From NCBI GenBank assembly GCA_965262715.1, contig OZ253553.1, positions 576,001 to 640,000 of the forward strand: a DNA stretch of 64,000 nt, written 5' to 3'. Numbering within the stretch: position 1 is the first letter of the stretch; every line of letters begins with the position of its first letter. A model generated the notes under the pieces. That model made no database searches, was not told the origin of the DNA, and worked only from the letters and a program-made list of their open reading frames with translations. The DNA comes from Bdellovibrionales bacterium (GTDB taxonomy: Bacteria > Bdellovibrionota > Bdellovibrionia > Bdellovibrionales > JAUICD01). Both the position numbers and the translations under genes were made by a program. This document shows positions 40,584-49,364 of the stretch, piece by piece.

Positions 40584-41879
40584 TTAATCTTCTAATCCTA
40601 ACAATTCATAATCTTCTTGTAAAAAAAAGTCTGTATAGCTGTCTGGTTGATTTTCAAGATTTCCGTTGGAGTCAATAGTGATTGGATGAATTTTAGTTGC
40701 TCCATTTTTTAATTCAAAATATAATATTAAAAAGGCTTCTGGCTTAAGATTTTTTTTCTTAATCTCAATACTTGACCTCTTAATGATATAATCACTATGA
40801 GTCTCACAGATAAATCTGTATTTTTTATCATGCTCATTGATCATATTGATCATATTGATCATATTGATCATAAGAGTTGCAAATTCAGCTTCTACCTTCG
40901 GATGAAGGTGAACTTCAGGCTGTTGTATCAAAAATGTATTGTATTTTTCTTGGTCTGAAATAAGCACGTTCCCCAAAATTGGCAAAAATTGATTGACTCC
41001 ATAACCAACATTTGTGATATCTGATTCTAATTCATCAACTTTAACTTTTATTGAAAATGGAGAGAACTTATCTTCTTTATTTAATATATGTATATCTAAA
41101 TCTTGAAAAAGGCTTGAATCTTTACCAAATTTTTTAAGCTTTTCTTCTATTTCATTCCAAGCTTTCTTTCTTTTCATCTGTGCCATCTCACATAAAACAT
41201 AAGATGAGTCTGTAGTTTTAATTCGACTAGGCTCATATTGTTTTTTCGGTTCCAGATGTATTGGGTTAAAAAGATTACAATTCATTTTTTTCCACTGTTC
41301 TTGAAGTTTTAATAAGTTGGTTATTTTTGAATGTAAAATTTTATTTTTTTCAAGAAAGTCTTTTGGATTATTAGATAAAAAAGAAATAATATGAAAAAAG
41401 TTAATATCAAAATCTAAAGGCATAGTGCCTTTATATTCCTCTTGTTCGTTCACAAGAATTCTTATCATAATATTTTCTTCTATGTTTATCTCTATATTAT
41501 CTTCAGAACAGTTTATCAGAATCCTGTTGCATATTTCCCCCTTTTTTATTGAATATTCTATACTCCATTTATCTCTACCAATTTGTAATGTTGCTCCAAT
41601 CTTTATTGTATTATCATCAGATTGCTGTCTTACAATGCTTTCAGAACCTCCAAGATATTTATATATTGGATCTTTCAATAAGTCTCCTATAGATAAGGGT
41701 TTTATAGGTTTGTCTTTATATAAAAGGTCATGGATGAGTTGATAAGAGGCTAAAAAGGTAGTTTTCCCTGTGTTATTTTCCCCTACAATTATAGTAATAG
41801 GACGGATGAGACTTTTTACTTCTGAAAAACATCTTAAGTTTTTTATTTCTAGACTGTTGATGACCATAATGACCTCCAT
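40584..41879 (-). CDS. ABC-type AAA ATPase (AAA_21/DUF3696-like)
   Basis: Walker A GENNTGKT, VGYGVNQFLP, IQQPEVHLHP, ETHSDY. Confidence 0.88.
   Translation of the reverse strand: MEVIMVINSLEIKNLRCFSEVKSLIRPITIIVGENNTGKTTFLASYQLIHDLLYKDKPIKPLSIGDLLKDPIYKYLGGSESIVRQQSDDNTIKIGATLQIGRDKWSIEYSIKKGEICNRILINCSEDNIEINIEENIMIRILVNEQEEYKGTMPLDFDINFFHIISFLSNNPKDFLEKNKILHSKITNLLKLQEQWKKMNCNLFNPIHLEPKKQYEPSRIKTTDSSYVLCEMAQMKRKKAWNEIEEKLKKFGKDSSLFQDLDIHILNKEDKFSPFSIKVKVDELESDITNVGYGVNQFLPILGNVLISDQEKYNTFLIQQPEVHLHPKVEAEFATLMINMINMINMINEHDKKYRFICETHSDYIIKRSSIEIKKKNLKPEAFLILYFELKNGATKIHPITIDSNGNLENQPDSYTDFFLQEDYELLGLED
40836..40871. repeat. In-frame 9-bp tandem repeat x4
   Basis: (ATTGATCAT)4 encodes MINMINMINMIN. 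Confidence 0.95.
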
Positions 41880-43303
41880 AGGTTTAATAAAAAATCTAAT
41901 TTGTTTTCTTTTTTAAGTTGTTTATCACGTTGTAATACTTTGATAACTTGTTTATCACCCTTTCCCACAATGTTTGAAAAGTAACAATTTTTATTACATA
42001 GAGATTCATCTTTATTTATTGTTCCAGACAAGAAATTATATTCTAGTTTTTTTAATCTTGGCCACCAATTTTCAGACAAGATAAAATGTAACATCATTAA
42101 GACCTCTAGACTGGATAGGTTTTGACTAAAAGGGAAAATATTTGCATTTCCAAAACCTCTCTTTGAATGTAAATACTCAATATATGAAGGATTATCTAAA
42201 GAACCATCAAGTTCCATAGATACGTCTGAAGTTGTATATTGTTTTCTACATAGCATGCACTTATGTCCATAAGTTACGATGTGACAACCCCATCGAGCAT
42301 CAAAAAATTTATCATGCCTTTTACTAACAGCTATTCCTCCATCAATTACAGGTATCAAATAGGCATAAGCTATATGATTTAAAACATCTCTTGCCAAGGG
42401 TTTATCTACACAACTAAAAATGATATCACAGTCTAATACTGATCTAAAGGCAGATTGTGTTTGTATAGGCTGTATAATAGCTTTTACTTTTATCTTCTCA
42501 TTCACAGAATGTTTTAATATTTTTTCTTTGAAAAAATCTGCTTTAAATTTTCCAATATCCTTTCTAGTTGCATAAAGTAGCCGATCTAAATTATGCTCTT
42601 CAATTTTATCATGATCTATTAAAATAATATTTTCGATACCTATTCTAGCCAAATTTTCACTCACAATAGAACCTACACTGCCAAGTCCTACAATACCTAT
42701 TTTCATTCTGCTAATTTTTAACTGTTCCTTTAAACTCCAAGTCTCAATAGTCCTTCGTAAAATATTTTTATTTTGAGATTGATGATATAATTGCTCATTA
42801 AAAGTAACCTTAAATTGATTTCCTACAACTTTTACTTTATCACACCAGAATCGTTTAAACTTTCTGTTTTTCTGTTTTATCCAGAATCTGGCACTCCAAC
42901 TCTCATTTGTGCCTATTGTTAAACCTACCAAAGGCTTTTTTGTACTATTTGCTGGAGGTGCTATTCGATCTCTTTCAGCAATAATATCTGTATGACTCAT
43001 ATCTTGCCATCCTTCAGTAGGATGACTATGCATAAAGGCAAGTCCTGCTTTTTTCTCTATAGCTATTCGTAATGAGCGAGCTAAAAATTCGGGAGAAAAA
43101 CTTGTATTACCATGAAGATTTCTTTCACTTCTCTTAGGAAGAATAATTTCAGAAATAAGAGCTGTTGTTTTACTTTTTCCAATGCAAGGATTCCAAATTG
43201 CAAAACAGAGTTCTTCCTGATGTTTATCCTGTTTAAAATGAGAGAGTAAATGTTCAGAAGCAATTTTGTGGGCACTTTCTGTTAAAATAACTTCATATTT
43301 CAT
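41849..43303 (-). CDS. JAB/MPN-like peptidase fused to ThiF/E1 adenylyltransferase
   Basis: N-terminal QEELCF and HSHP...SHTD (JAMM-like); C-terminal GLGSVGS, DHDKIEEHNLDR, CVD..LAR, IDGG, CMLC. Confidence 0.88.
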   Translation of the reverse strand: MKYEVILTESAHKIASEHLLSHFKQDKHQEELCFAIWNPCIGKSKTTALISEIILPKRSERNLHGNTSFSPEFLARSLRIAIEKKAGLAFMHSHPTEGWQDMSHTDIIAERDRIAPPANSTKKPLVGLTIGTNESWSARFWIKQKNRKFKRFWCDKVKVVGNQFKVTFNEQLYHQSQNKNILRRTIETWSLKEQLKISRMKIGIVGLGSVGSIVSENLARIGIENIILIDHDKIEEHNLDRLLYATRKDIGKFKADFFKEKILKHSVNEKIKVKAIIQPIQTQSAFRSVLDCDIIFSCVDKPLARDVLNHIAYAYLIPVIDGGIAVSKRHDKFFDARWGCHIVTYGHKCMLCRKQYTTSDVSMELDGSLDNPSYIEYLHSKRGFGNANIFPFSQNLSSLEVLMMLHFILSENWWPRLKKLEYNFLSGTINKDESLCNKNCYFSNIVGKGDKQVIKVLQRDKQLKKENKLDFLLNLWRSLWSSTV

Positions 43304-43722
43304 AAGTTTTCCCAGAATCGTCTCAAATGCGATTCAAAAAAAATAAACAGATTTTTTTTTGAACTGTCTAAATCATCCCATATATCTTGAGGTGGCCTAC
43401 TCAACACTATCCAAGTTTCTTCTTCAATTATATATTTCTCATATATTTTACCTATCTTGCCTATGATCTCTTCATTAAACTCTTTTTTTTTGAGGTGTAT
43501 AAAGTGAGGAGGTAATCTAGGATAATCATTTGGAGGAAGTTCTATTCCAATAATAATTTTTTTCCTCTTTAAAGAGCCACAAGGAATAAGGTATTTGAAT
43601 AGGCACAATTGCCCCTCCCTTTTTGATTGAAGAGGTAGATTTAGCATATTTTTTATATCTTGTAGATTACAAGAAGGAATATTTTTTATTTCTATTTGAA
43701 TTTGTTGTTTTAAACTTTCCAT
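43300..43722 (-). CDS. Prokaryotic E2/UBC-like protein
   Basis: IELPPNDYPRLPPHFIH (E2-fold YPxxPP), WIVLSRP; lies between the Ubl and E1 genes. Confidence 0.72.
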   Translation of the reverse strand: MESLKQQIQIEIKNIPSCNLQDIKNMLNLPLQSKREGQLCLFKYLIPCGSLKRKKIIIGIELPPNDYPRLPPHFIHLKKKEFNEEIIGKIGKIYEKYIIEEETWIVLSRPPQDIWDDLDSSKKNLFIFFESHLRRFWENL

Positions 43723-43725
43723 TAA

Positions 43726-44196
43726 TTATGCCACAGGAGTCGGTCCAGAAGAAAGTGCCAAAAATTCATCCCCATTTTCAATTAATACTTTTTCATTTAA
43801 ATCTTTATAGTCCATGTTTGTTTTAGCATTAAATAATTTAAATTTTTCTACAGGTATAAATTCTGCCTTTTCAAGTATCTGTGCCACTGTTTGTTCATTA
43901 TTTGTAGCTAGAATTTCTTGATCTTCTCCATTAACAGTATAGTGAATTCTTAATTCTTGAGACTTGTAGTGAATAGTAAATTCATCTCCACTTTTAACTT
44001 CAATCTTTTGATGTAAGTGTTGTTCTATTCCGTTCCATACTTCTTCTTTTTCCCCACCTTGAATTCTAAAAATAATATAGACATTATAAGGTTCTTGTTT
44101 TTTCCCAATTTCTAAAATGTCTTTGGGTGTTATAAAAGGTTTTGACCATGGTTTTTCATGGTTGTCTATTTTTATATATATATCAGATATAGTCAT
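43726..44196 (-). CDS. Multi-ubiquitin-domain (tandem beta-grasp) protein
   Basis: Two similar units, IYIKIDN..ITPKDILE..IEVKSGDEF and IHYTVNG..TVAQILE..VLIENGDEF; tail SSGPTPVA; AAGGA RBS. Confidence 0.78.
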   Translation of the reverse strand: MTISDIYIKIDNHEKPWSKPFITPKDILEIGKKQEPYNVYIIFRIQGGEKEEVWNGIEQHLHQKIEVKSGDEFTIHYKSQELRIHYTVNGEDQEILATNNEQTVAQILEKAEFIPVEKFKLFNAKTNMDYKDLNEKVLIENGDEFLALSSGPTPVA

Positions 44197-44397
44197 AATG
44201 AAAACATCCTTTTATAGGGTTAATTTGTCAAAGTAATTTGATTCTTAATGGTCAAATAACTAGAAGCGGTCTCAAAAATAAAAGTTTAATAAGTATTGCC
44301 AGAAATTCATAACTTTATCTAACTATAATATATCTCTGTGTTCACCTTCGTCTATAAACGTTTGTACCTATTACCTCTAGCTTCTTATATAAAAGAG

Positions 44398-44500
44398 CTG
44401 TCTTCCTCAAAATGAATCACGCCGCTGGCGTGCTTTCTGGCACTGATCCGATGGTGAAAAACCATCGGATCAGTACCTAGAAAGCCTATTCATTTTGAGT
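44398..44500. repeat. Family A-related palindromic element
   Basis: CTCAAAATGAAT...ATTCATTTTGAG ends; perfect hairpin CTGATCCGATGGT-GAAAA-ACCATCGGATCAG; CTTTCTGG...CCTAGAAAG shared with the 27132 copy. Confidence 0.75.
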
Positions 44501-44831
44501 ACAAGCCATCTCATGAGTTGTTTTGTATAATGCAAAACTGGTATCTTTTTTAAAACTTTTCTCTCTAGGAGCATTTTTGAGATGGCTTTTAGCAAATAAG
44601 TTACCTAATATACCAATAGAGTCACAAATTGTTTTGGGCAACCCATTATAGATAATAGCATATCTGTTATATAATAACAAATCATAATAGATGGTGGCAT
44701 ATTTATCATTTTTGGGTATCAAGCAGAAAAAATGTTTATTTTAGAAACTTAAGCTTCTTCTAACACAAATAAAGAATAATCTACAAACCCTTCCCTATGG
44801 TTTTGCTGAACCTGTCAATAAGAGATGAAGA

Positions 44832-45413
44832 TTACTTTAAGCTATAGGGACTTTTCTGTGGAGATGTGACGATGTCTTCAATGATTTTACGGAACTCTTT
44901 ATACGAATCATCAAAATTATCGTTAACAATTTGATATTTATATTGATCTGCTAACTGCATTTCCTTTTCTGCATTTTTTAACCTCAATTCTAGAGAATCT
45001 GTCTTATCATCCCTTTTTTGCAATCTTTTTTTAAGTTCATCAATAGAAGGAGGTAAAATAAAGATAGTGTGTGCAAAAGGATAGTGCTTTCTAAGTTGAC
45101 TCGCTCCCTGCACATCAATATCCATAATGATCGTCTGACCCTTTTTCCAAGCGTTATTCAATTGCTCTTTTGAAGTGCCGTAATAATGGGAGTGCACCTT
45201 AGCCCACTCTGCAAAAAAATCTTTTTCAATCAAATTAAGAAATTCCTTTTCTGTGACAAAAAAATAATGATCGCCATTAGCTTCATTCGGACGAGGAATC
45301 CGTGTTGTATAACTAATACTATGAACAAGCGTTGGAAACTCGCTGAGAGCCTTATTACAAAAACTGGATTTGCCAGCTCCGCTTGGAGCTGAGACGATAA
45401 TTAAAGAGGTCAT
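44832..45413 (-). CDS. gmk: Guanylate kinase
   Basis: SAPSGAGKS, SYTTR, YYGT, DIDVQG. Confidence 0.96.
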   Translation of the reverse strand: MTSLIIVSAPSGAGKSSFCNKALSEFPTLVHSISYTTRIPRPNEANGDHYFFVTEKEFLNLIEKDFFAEWAKVHSHYYGTSKEQLNNAWKKGQTIIMDIDVQGASQLRKHYPFAHTIFILPPSIDELKKRLQKRDDKTDSLELRLKNAEKEMQLADQYKYQIVNDNFDDSYKEFRKIIEDIVTSPQKSPYSLK

Positions 45414-46306
45414 TCTATATTTTGTACTTGTTCTTTTATCTTTTCAATAAGAGATTTTGATTCCACAACCAAACGACAAGTTTTAATATGAGAAGACTTC
45501 ATTGCAATGGTATTAACTTCCCTAAACATTTCCTGTGTATAAAAGTCGAGTTTCTTACCTTTTACTTCTTTACCAGTCTTGAGAGGACTTATTAGTTCTT
45601 TCTGAAAAGCATTAATATGCTCTTTAAGTCTTACAACTTCCTCTGTGATATCATACTTATTTATTTGAGAAAACATCTCTGCTGTCCATCTTTTTGGATC
45701 TGATTCATAAGAAAGAGACATTGACTTCAGTTTATCTTTAAGTCGTTTTTGTAAACTTTTTGGAGTTTGTTTTTCTAAAATTTCAATTGATTTTATACTC
45801 TTACTTAATAGAGATATAAGTGCTTTTAATTCTTTCAAAAGTGCTTTGCCTTCACGCTTTCTTTCAATATCTAGGGCAAGAAGTGCTTTATTGAAAGTTG
45901 CTAAAAACAGTTTTTTTTCATTGGGACGTATAGCAAGTTTTTGTGTGATCAAATGCTGAAAAGAGGATATATCTAAAGTCAATTTATTGCCTTCAGGTAA
46001 AGAAAGAATACGAGATATTTGCTGATAAGTTTCTGCCCATTTTCTGACTAAGGTTGGGTGAGTGGTCACTTCAATTAAGGCGGATTGAGGAGGTAGCTCG
46101 CAAGTGATATAGATATTTAAAGTTCCTCTTTGAATACACTCTTTGATCTTTTGTGTGATCTCTTTTTCAAATAGTTGGTATTCTTTAGGTAGGCTTTGTA
46201 GGTTTATACTTAAAAACCTTCCATTGTAAGCTTTTAAATGGATCTCTAATTCAATGTTTTTATTTGCAACCTTTGCAAGGCCAAAACCTGTCATACTCTT
46301 TATCAT
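45410..46306 (-). CDS. yicC: YicC/YloC family endoribonuclease
   Basis: MIKSMTGFG, DITEEVVRL, GKKLDF..QEMFREVNT, KEQVQNIE. Confidence 0.93.
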   Translation of the reverse strand: MIKSMTGFGLAKVANKNIELEIHLKAYNGRFLSINLQSLPKEYQLFEKEITQKIKECIQRGTLNIYITCELPPQSALIEVTTHPTLVRKWAETYQQISRILSLPEGNKLTLDISSFQHLITQKLAIRPNEKKLFLATFNKALLALDIERKREGKALLKELKALISLLSKSIKSIEILEKQTPKSLQKRLKDKLKSMSLSYESDPKRWTAEMFSQINKYDITEEVVRLKEHINAFQKELISPLKTGKEVKGKKLDFYTQEMFREVNTIAMKSSHIKTCRLVVESKSLIEKIKEQVQNIE

Positions 46307-46315
46307 AGTTCACCT

Positions 46316-47338
46316 TTATTGTTTAAGAGCCTCTCTAATATAAGTAGAGGCTGTATCTAAACTCCATACAGCAATGACAATCAATACTGTCAAACAGCCC
46401 ACTTCTCTCCAAAGTCCTAAACCTACAGATTGGACCAGCAAAGTGCCAATACCTCCACCTCCCATAATTCCAACAAGAGTGGCCATTCTTACATTGATAT
46501 CCCAACGGTAAATTGTAAAAGAAATATAAGGAAGTAACACTTGAGGAAGTATAGCAAACCAGATCACCTGAAGAGGCTTAGCACCAGTAGATCTAATTCC
46601 CTCTATAGGTCCTTCTTCAACACACTCGATCAATTCACTGTACAGTTTAGCAAGAGCGGCAATAGAATGAATCATTAAACCCAGCATACCGGCAAAAGGG
46701 CCAATGCCCACCCAAACTGTAAAAATAATTGCCCAAATTAAAGGTTCAATAGATCTTGTGATATTGAATATAGTTCTTAAACTGATATAAATCAAAAATC
46801 CAATCACACTAGAACCCATAATATTTTTTGCGCATAAAAAACTAACTACAAAAGCTAGAGGAACAGCAAGTAGAGTTGCCATAAAAGCAATGAAAATAGT
46901 TTCTAAAATCGCCTTAATACCTTCAGGCAAAATAACCCAATCAGGATTTAAAAGCGCAAGGGCAATTCTCTTCATTCCCAACATGCCATCAATATCTGTC
47001 AGTTCATAAAAGCTGATCTGAGACATATAACAACCCACTGTAAATGTAGTGACAAATAAAATAACTAAATGGATCTGCCAAAATTTTTTACGTAGTGATG
47101 TATCAGTTAATTGGGCTTTTCTGGATAAAGGGTCAAAAATCACTCTTCCTAAAGATAAGATGCCAAAATGAGATAAAAAGTAACTGATAATAAATCCTAG
47201 AATAAGAGCAATGGCAAGAAATAGAAACATCTGACGTAATTGCGAATAGATTTCATCTGATGGCTGAGAAATAACAATCAGAGCAATGATAAAAAGATAA
47301 CCAAATGAGATACTATCAAAAATTTTTACTTTGAGCAT
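46316..47338 (-). CDS. phnE: Phosphonate/phosphate ABC permease
   Basis: GIGPFAG, KLYSE, YRWDINVR. Confidence 0.9.
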   Translation of the reverse strand: MLKVKIFDSISFGYLFIIALIVISQPSDEIYSQLRQMFLFLAIALILGFIISYFLSHFGILSLGRVIFDPLSRKAQLTDTSLRKKFWQIHLVILFVTTFTVGCYMSQISFYELTDIDGMLGMKRIALALLNPDWVILPEGIKAILETIFIAFMATLLAVPLAFVVSFLCAKNIMGSSVIGFLIYISLRTIFNITRSIEPLIWAIIFTVWVGIGPFAGMLGLMIHSIAALAKLYSELIECVEEGPIEGIRSTGAKPLQVIWFAILPQVLLPYISFTIYRWDINVRMATLVGIMGGGGIGTLLVQSVGLGLWREVGCLTVLIVIAVWSLDTASTYIREALKQ

Positions 47339-48100
47339 TTAGTAAATATTCACTTCTTTAGCATTATTGCCATATATCTTTTTAAACCATGGTGGACCAA
47401 TATTGGGGCCTCCATCATAAATAACTTTTCCTTCTGCAAGGGCAATAACACGCATAGCATATTGCCTGACTAAACTCAAAACGTGTAAATTACAAATAAT
47501 TGTGATACCAAACTGCTTATTTATTTTCTCTAAGTAATCCATAATTGTATGACTCATTGCTGGATCAAGGCTTGCCAGAGGTTCATCTGCTAAGAGGACT
47601 TCAGGGCTTTGCATTAAGGACCTTGCAATAGCCACACGTTGTTGTTGGCCTCCAGATAATTCATTGACTCTCTCTGAGGCTTTACCAGCTATACCTAAAA
47701 TATTCAAGTACTCTAAAGCCCGATCTTTATCTTCTTTAGAAAATAAACCAAGAATACTATTGATACTAGTAATTTGAGAAAGGCACCCCATCATGACATT
47801 ACTAAGCACTGTATGGCCAGAAATCAAATTAAAATGTTGAAAAATCATTGCTATTTTTTGACGTAATAACCTTGCTGACTCATTTTTTAAATGGGTTATA
47901 TCTTTATCTTTAAAGATAATCTTTCCACTTGTTGACTCCTGAAGATGATTGATGCACTTTAAAACTGTTGATTTTCCAGATCCACTCAATCCTATAATAA
48001 CCAGAAGCTCCCCTTTATGAACATCAAAAGAGACATCTTTGAGGGCGTGTGTCCCGTTAGGATAGATCTTATTAAGCTTTTTTATAGATAAAATAGGCAT
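47339..48100 (-). CDS. phnC: Phosphonate ABC ATPase
   Basis: GLSGSGKS, LSGGQQQRV, ADEPLASLDP, NLH. Confidence 0.92.
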   Translation of the reverse strand: MPILSIKKLNKIYPNGTHALKDVSFDVHKGELLVIIGLSGSGKSTVLKCINHLQESTSGKIIFKDKDITHLKNESARLLRQKIAMIFQHFNLISGHTVLSNVMMGCLSQITSINSILGLFSKEDKDRALEYLNILGIAGKASERVNELSGGQQQRVAIARSLMQSPEVLLADEPLASLDPAMSHTIMDYLEKINKQFGITIICNLHVLSLVRQYAMRVIALAEGKVIYDGGPNIGPPWFKKIYGNNAKEVNIY

Positions 48101-48112
48101 TTGTTTTTACTT

Positions 48113-49042
48113 TCAGATGAAGTCTTCAGGTGACTTATTAAGTGTTTTTAACATCTTTCTTACATCATCATAGGTGCTATCAGAACATTTGACTAAACCA
48201 GTAGCTCTTACAAGTTCATGAAATATCTTTTTACCTTCTTTTGTAGACATATAGGATAAGAGACCATTGATAGTATCTTCTTTTAGCTTTTGAGGCATAC
48301 CTGCGCGAAAAACAATAGGATCATTTGGAACGTGATCTGTAAGGCTTATAATTTTAACCCGCTTTTCTATATCTGTGTATTGAGTTTGAACTAATAAACG
48401 TGCATCTTGCATTTTACCATTATGAGGTGGGGAGTGCCAGGTGGCACCTGCATCTACTTGTCCGTTGTACACCATGGTTACAACATTATCGTGTCTTTGA
48501 GCAAAAATTGTTTCTTTGGGTTTGATTTTGTTGTCAGTAAGAAGTTTTTCAGGCATTAAATATCCCGACAGGGACATAGGATCGACATAAGCAAACTTTT
48601 TGCCTTCAATATCAGCCAGTGATTTTATCGGTCCATCAGCCCTTGCAATAATTTGTGACTGATAAGTGATTGATCCATGTCTTTGGACAATAAGACGTGC
48701 CTCTGTTTTAAAACGATTATTAGCTAAGATATATCCAGGAGCATTAAGGGTAGCTACATCAGCTCTCTTTGCGCCAAGAGCTTCTACTACAGCAATATAA
48801 CTGGTAGGAACAGAAAATCTATACTTATAAGGTGTTTCAGCTTCTAGGTAGCGTTTAATAAAAGCAGCTGTGCTGGCTAGCACTCTCACATCTGCAGAAG
48901 GAAGCAGTATAAATTTAATAGGGTTTTCTTTTGACCCTAAAGGAGGTCTTTGTTGTCTAGTGCATCCCTCTAGTAAAAATAAAAAAGCAAGTAAAACCCC
49001 AACAAAAACACAAAGATTTTTTTTATTCTGAAAGTATGTCAT
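48113..49042 (-). CDS. phnD: Phosphate/phosphonate-binding lipoprotein
   Basis: LEGC lipobox, YIAVVEAL, DPMSLSGYLMP, HDNVV, PNDP. Confidence 0.88.
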   Translation of the reverse strand: MTYFQNKKNLCVFVGVLLAFLFLLEGCTRQQRPPLGSKENPIKFILLPSADVRVLASTAAFIKRYLEAETPYKYRFSVPTSYIAVVEALGAKRADVATLNAPGYILANNRFKTEARLIVQRHGSITYQSQIIARADGPIKSLADIEGKKFAYVDPMSLSGYLMPEKLLTDNKIKPKETIFAQRHDNVVTMVYNGQVDAGATWHSPPHNGKMQDARLLVQTQYTDIEKRVKIISLTDHVPNDPIVFRAGMPQKLKEDTINGLLSYMSTKEGKKIFHELVRATGLVKCSDSTYDDVRKMLKTLNKSPEDFI

Positions 49043-49364
49043 ATAAGATTCCTATTTTTGCTGACATGTGTGGTTGGCAATAACTCCTAAGATAAAATGG
49101 CTTAAGCTTTACTACTAAATATATCTATTAAGAAATGTGTGTCCTGTTGATAGTGCCCCTTCATATATATAACATATTTAATAATTATCAAACCCTATCT
49201 TTCTCTATTGTTTTATTTGTCACAATTCAATAAATAATGCCAAGCAAAAAAGTATTCCACTCAAGATATATTTATATGATTTTTCGTGGAGGTTTTGCTG
49301 AGTTCTTAAGGTTTTCTTCTATGCGTAGTTAAATAGCTAGAACTTAAGGTGAATTTAAGATCAC

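Noticed and set aside
41849..44196. CBASS, or ThiF/MoeB cofactor biosynthesis
   Set aside because: No CD-NTase or CBASS effector, no ThiS/MoaD-type GG-ending carrier and no thiamine/molybdopterin genes; the E2-like gene and JAB fusion point to conjugation.
44486..44722. 78-aa ORF as a sixth gene of the Ubl operon
   Set aside because: TTG start with no RBS, no recognisable motif, its end runs into a palindromic repeat, and it is 290 bp from the Ubl gene.
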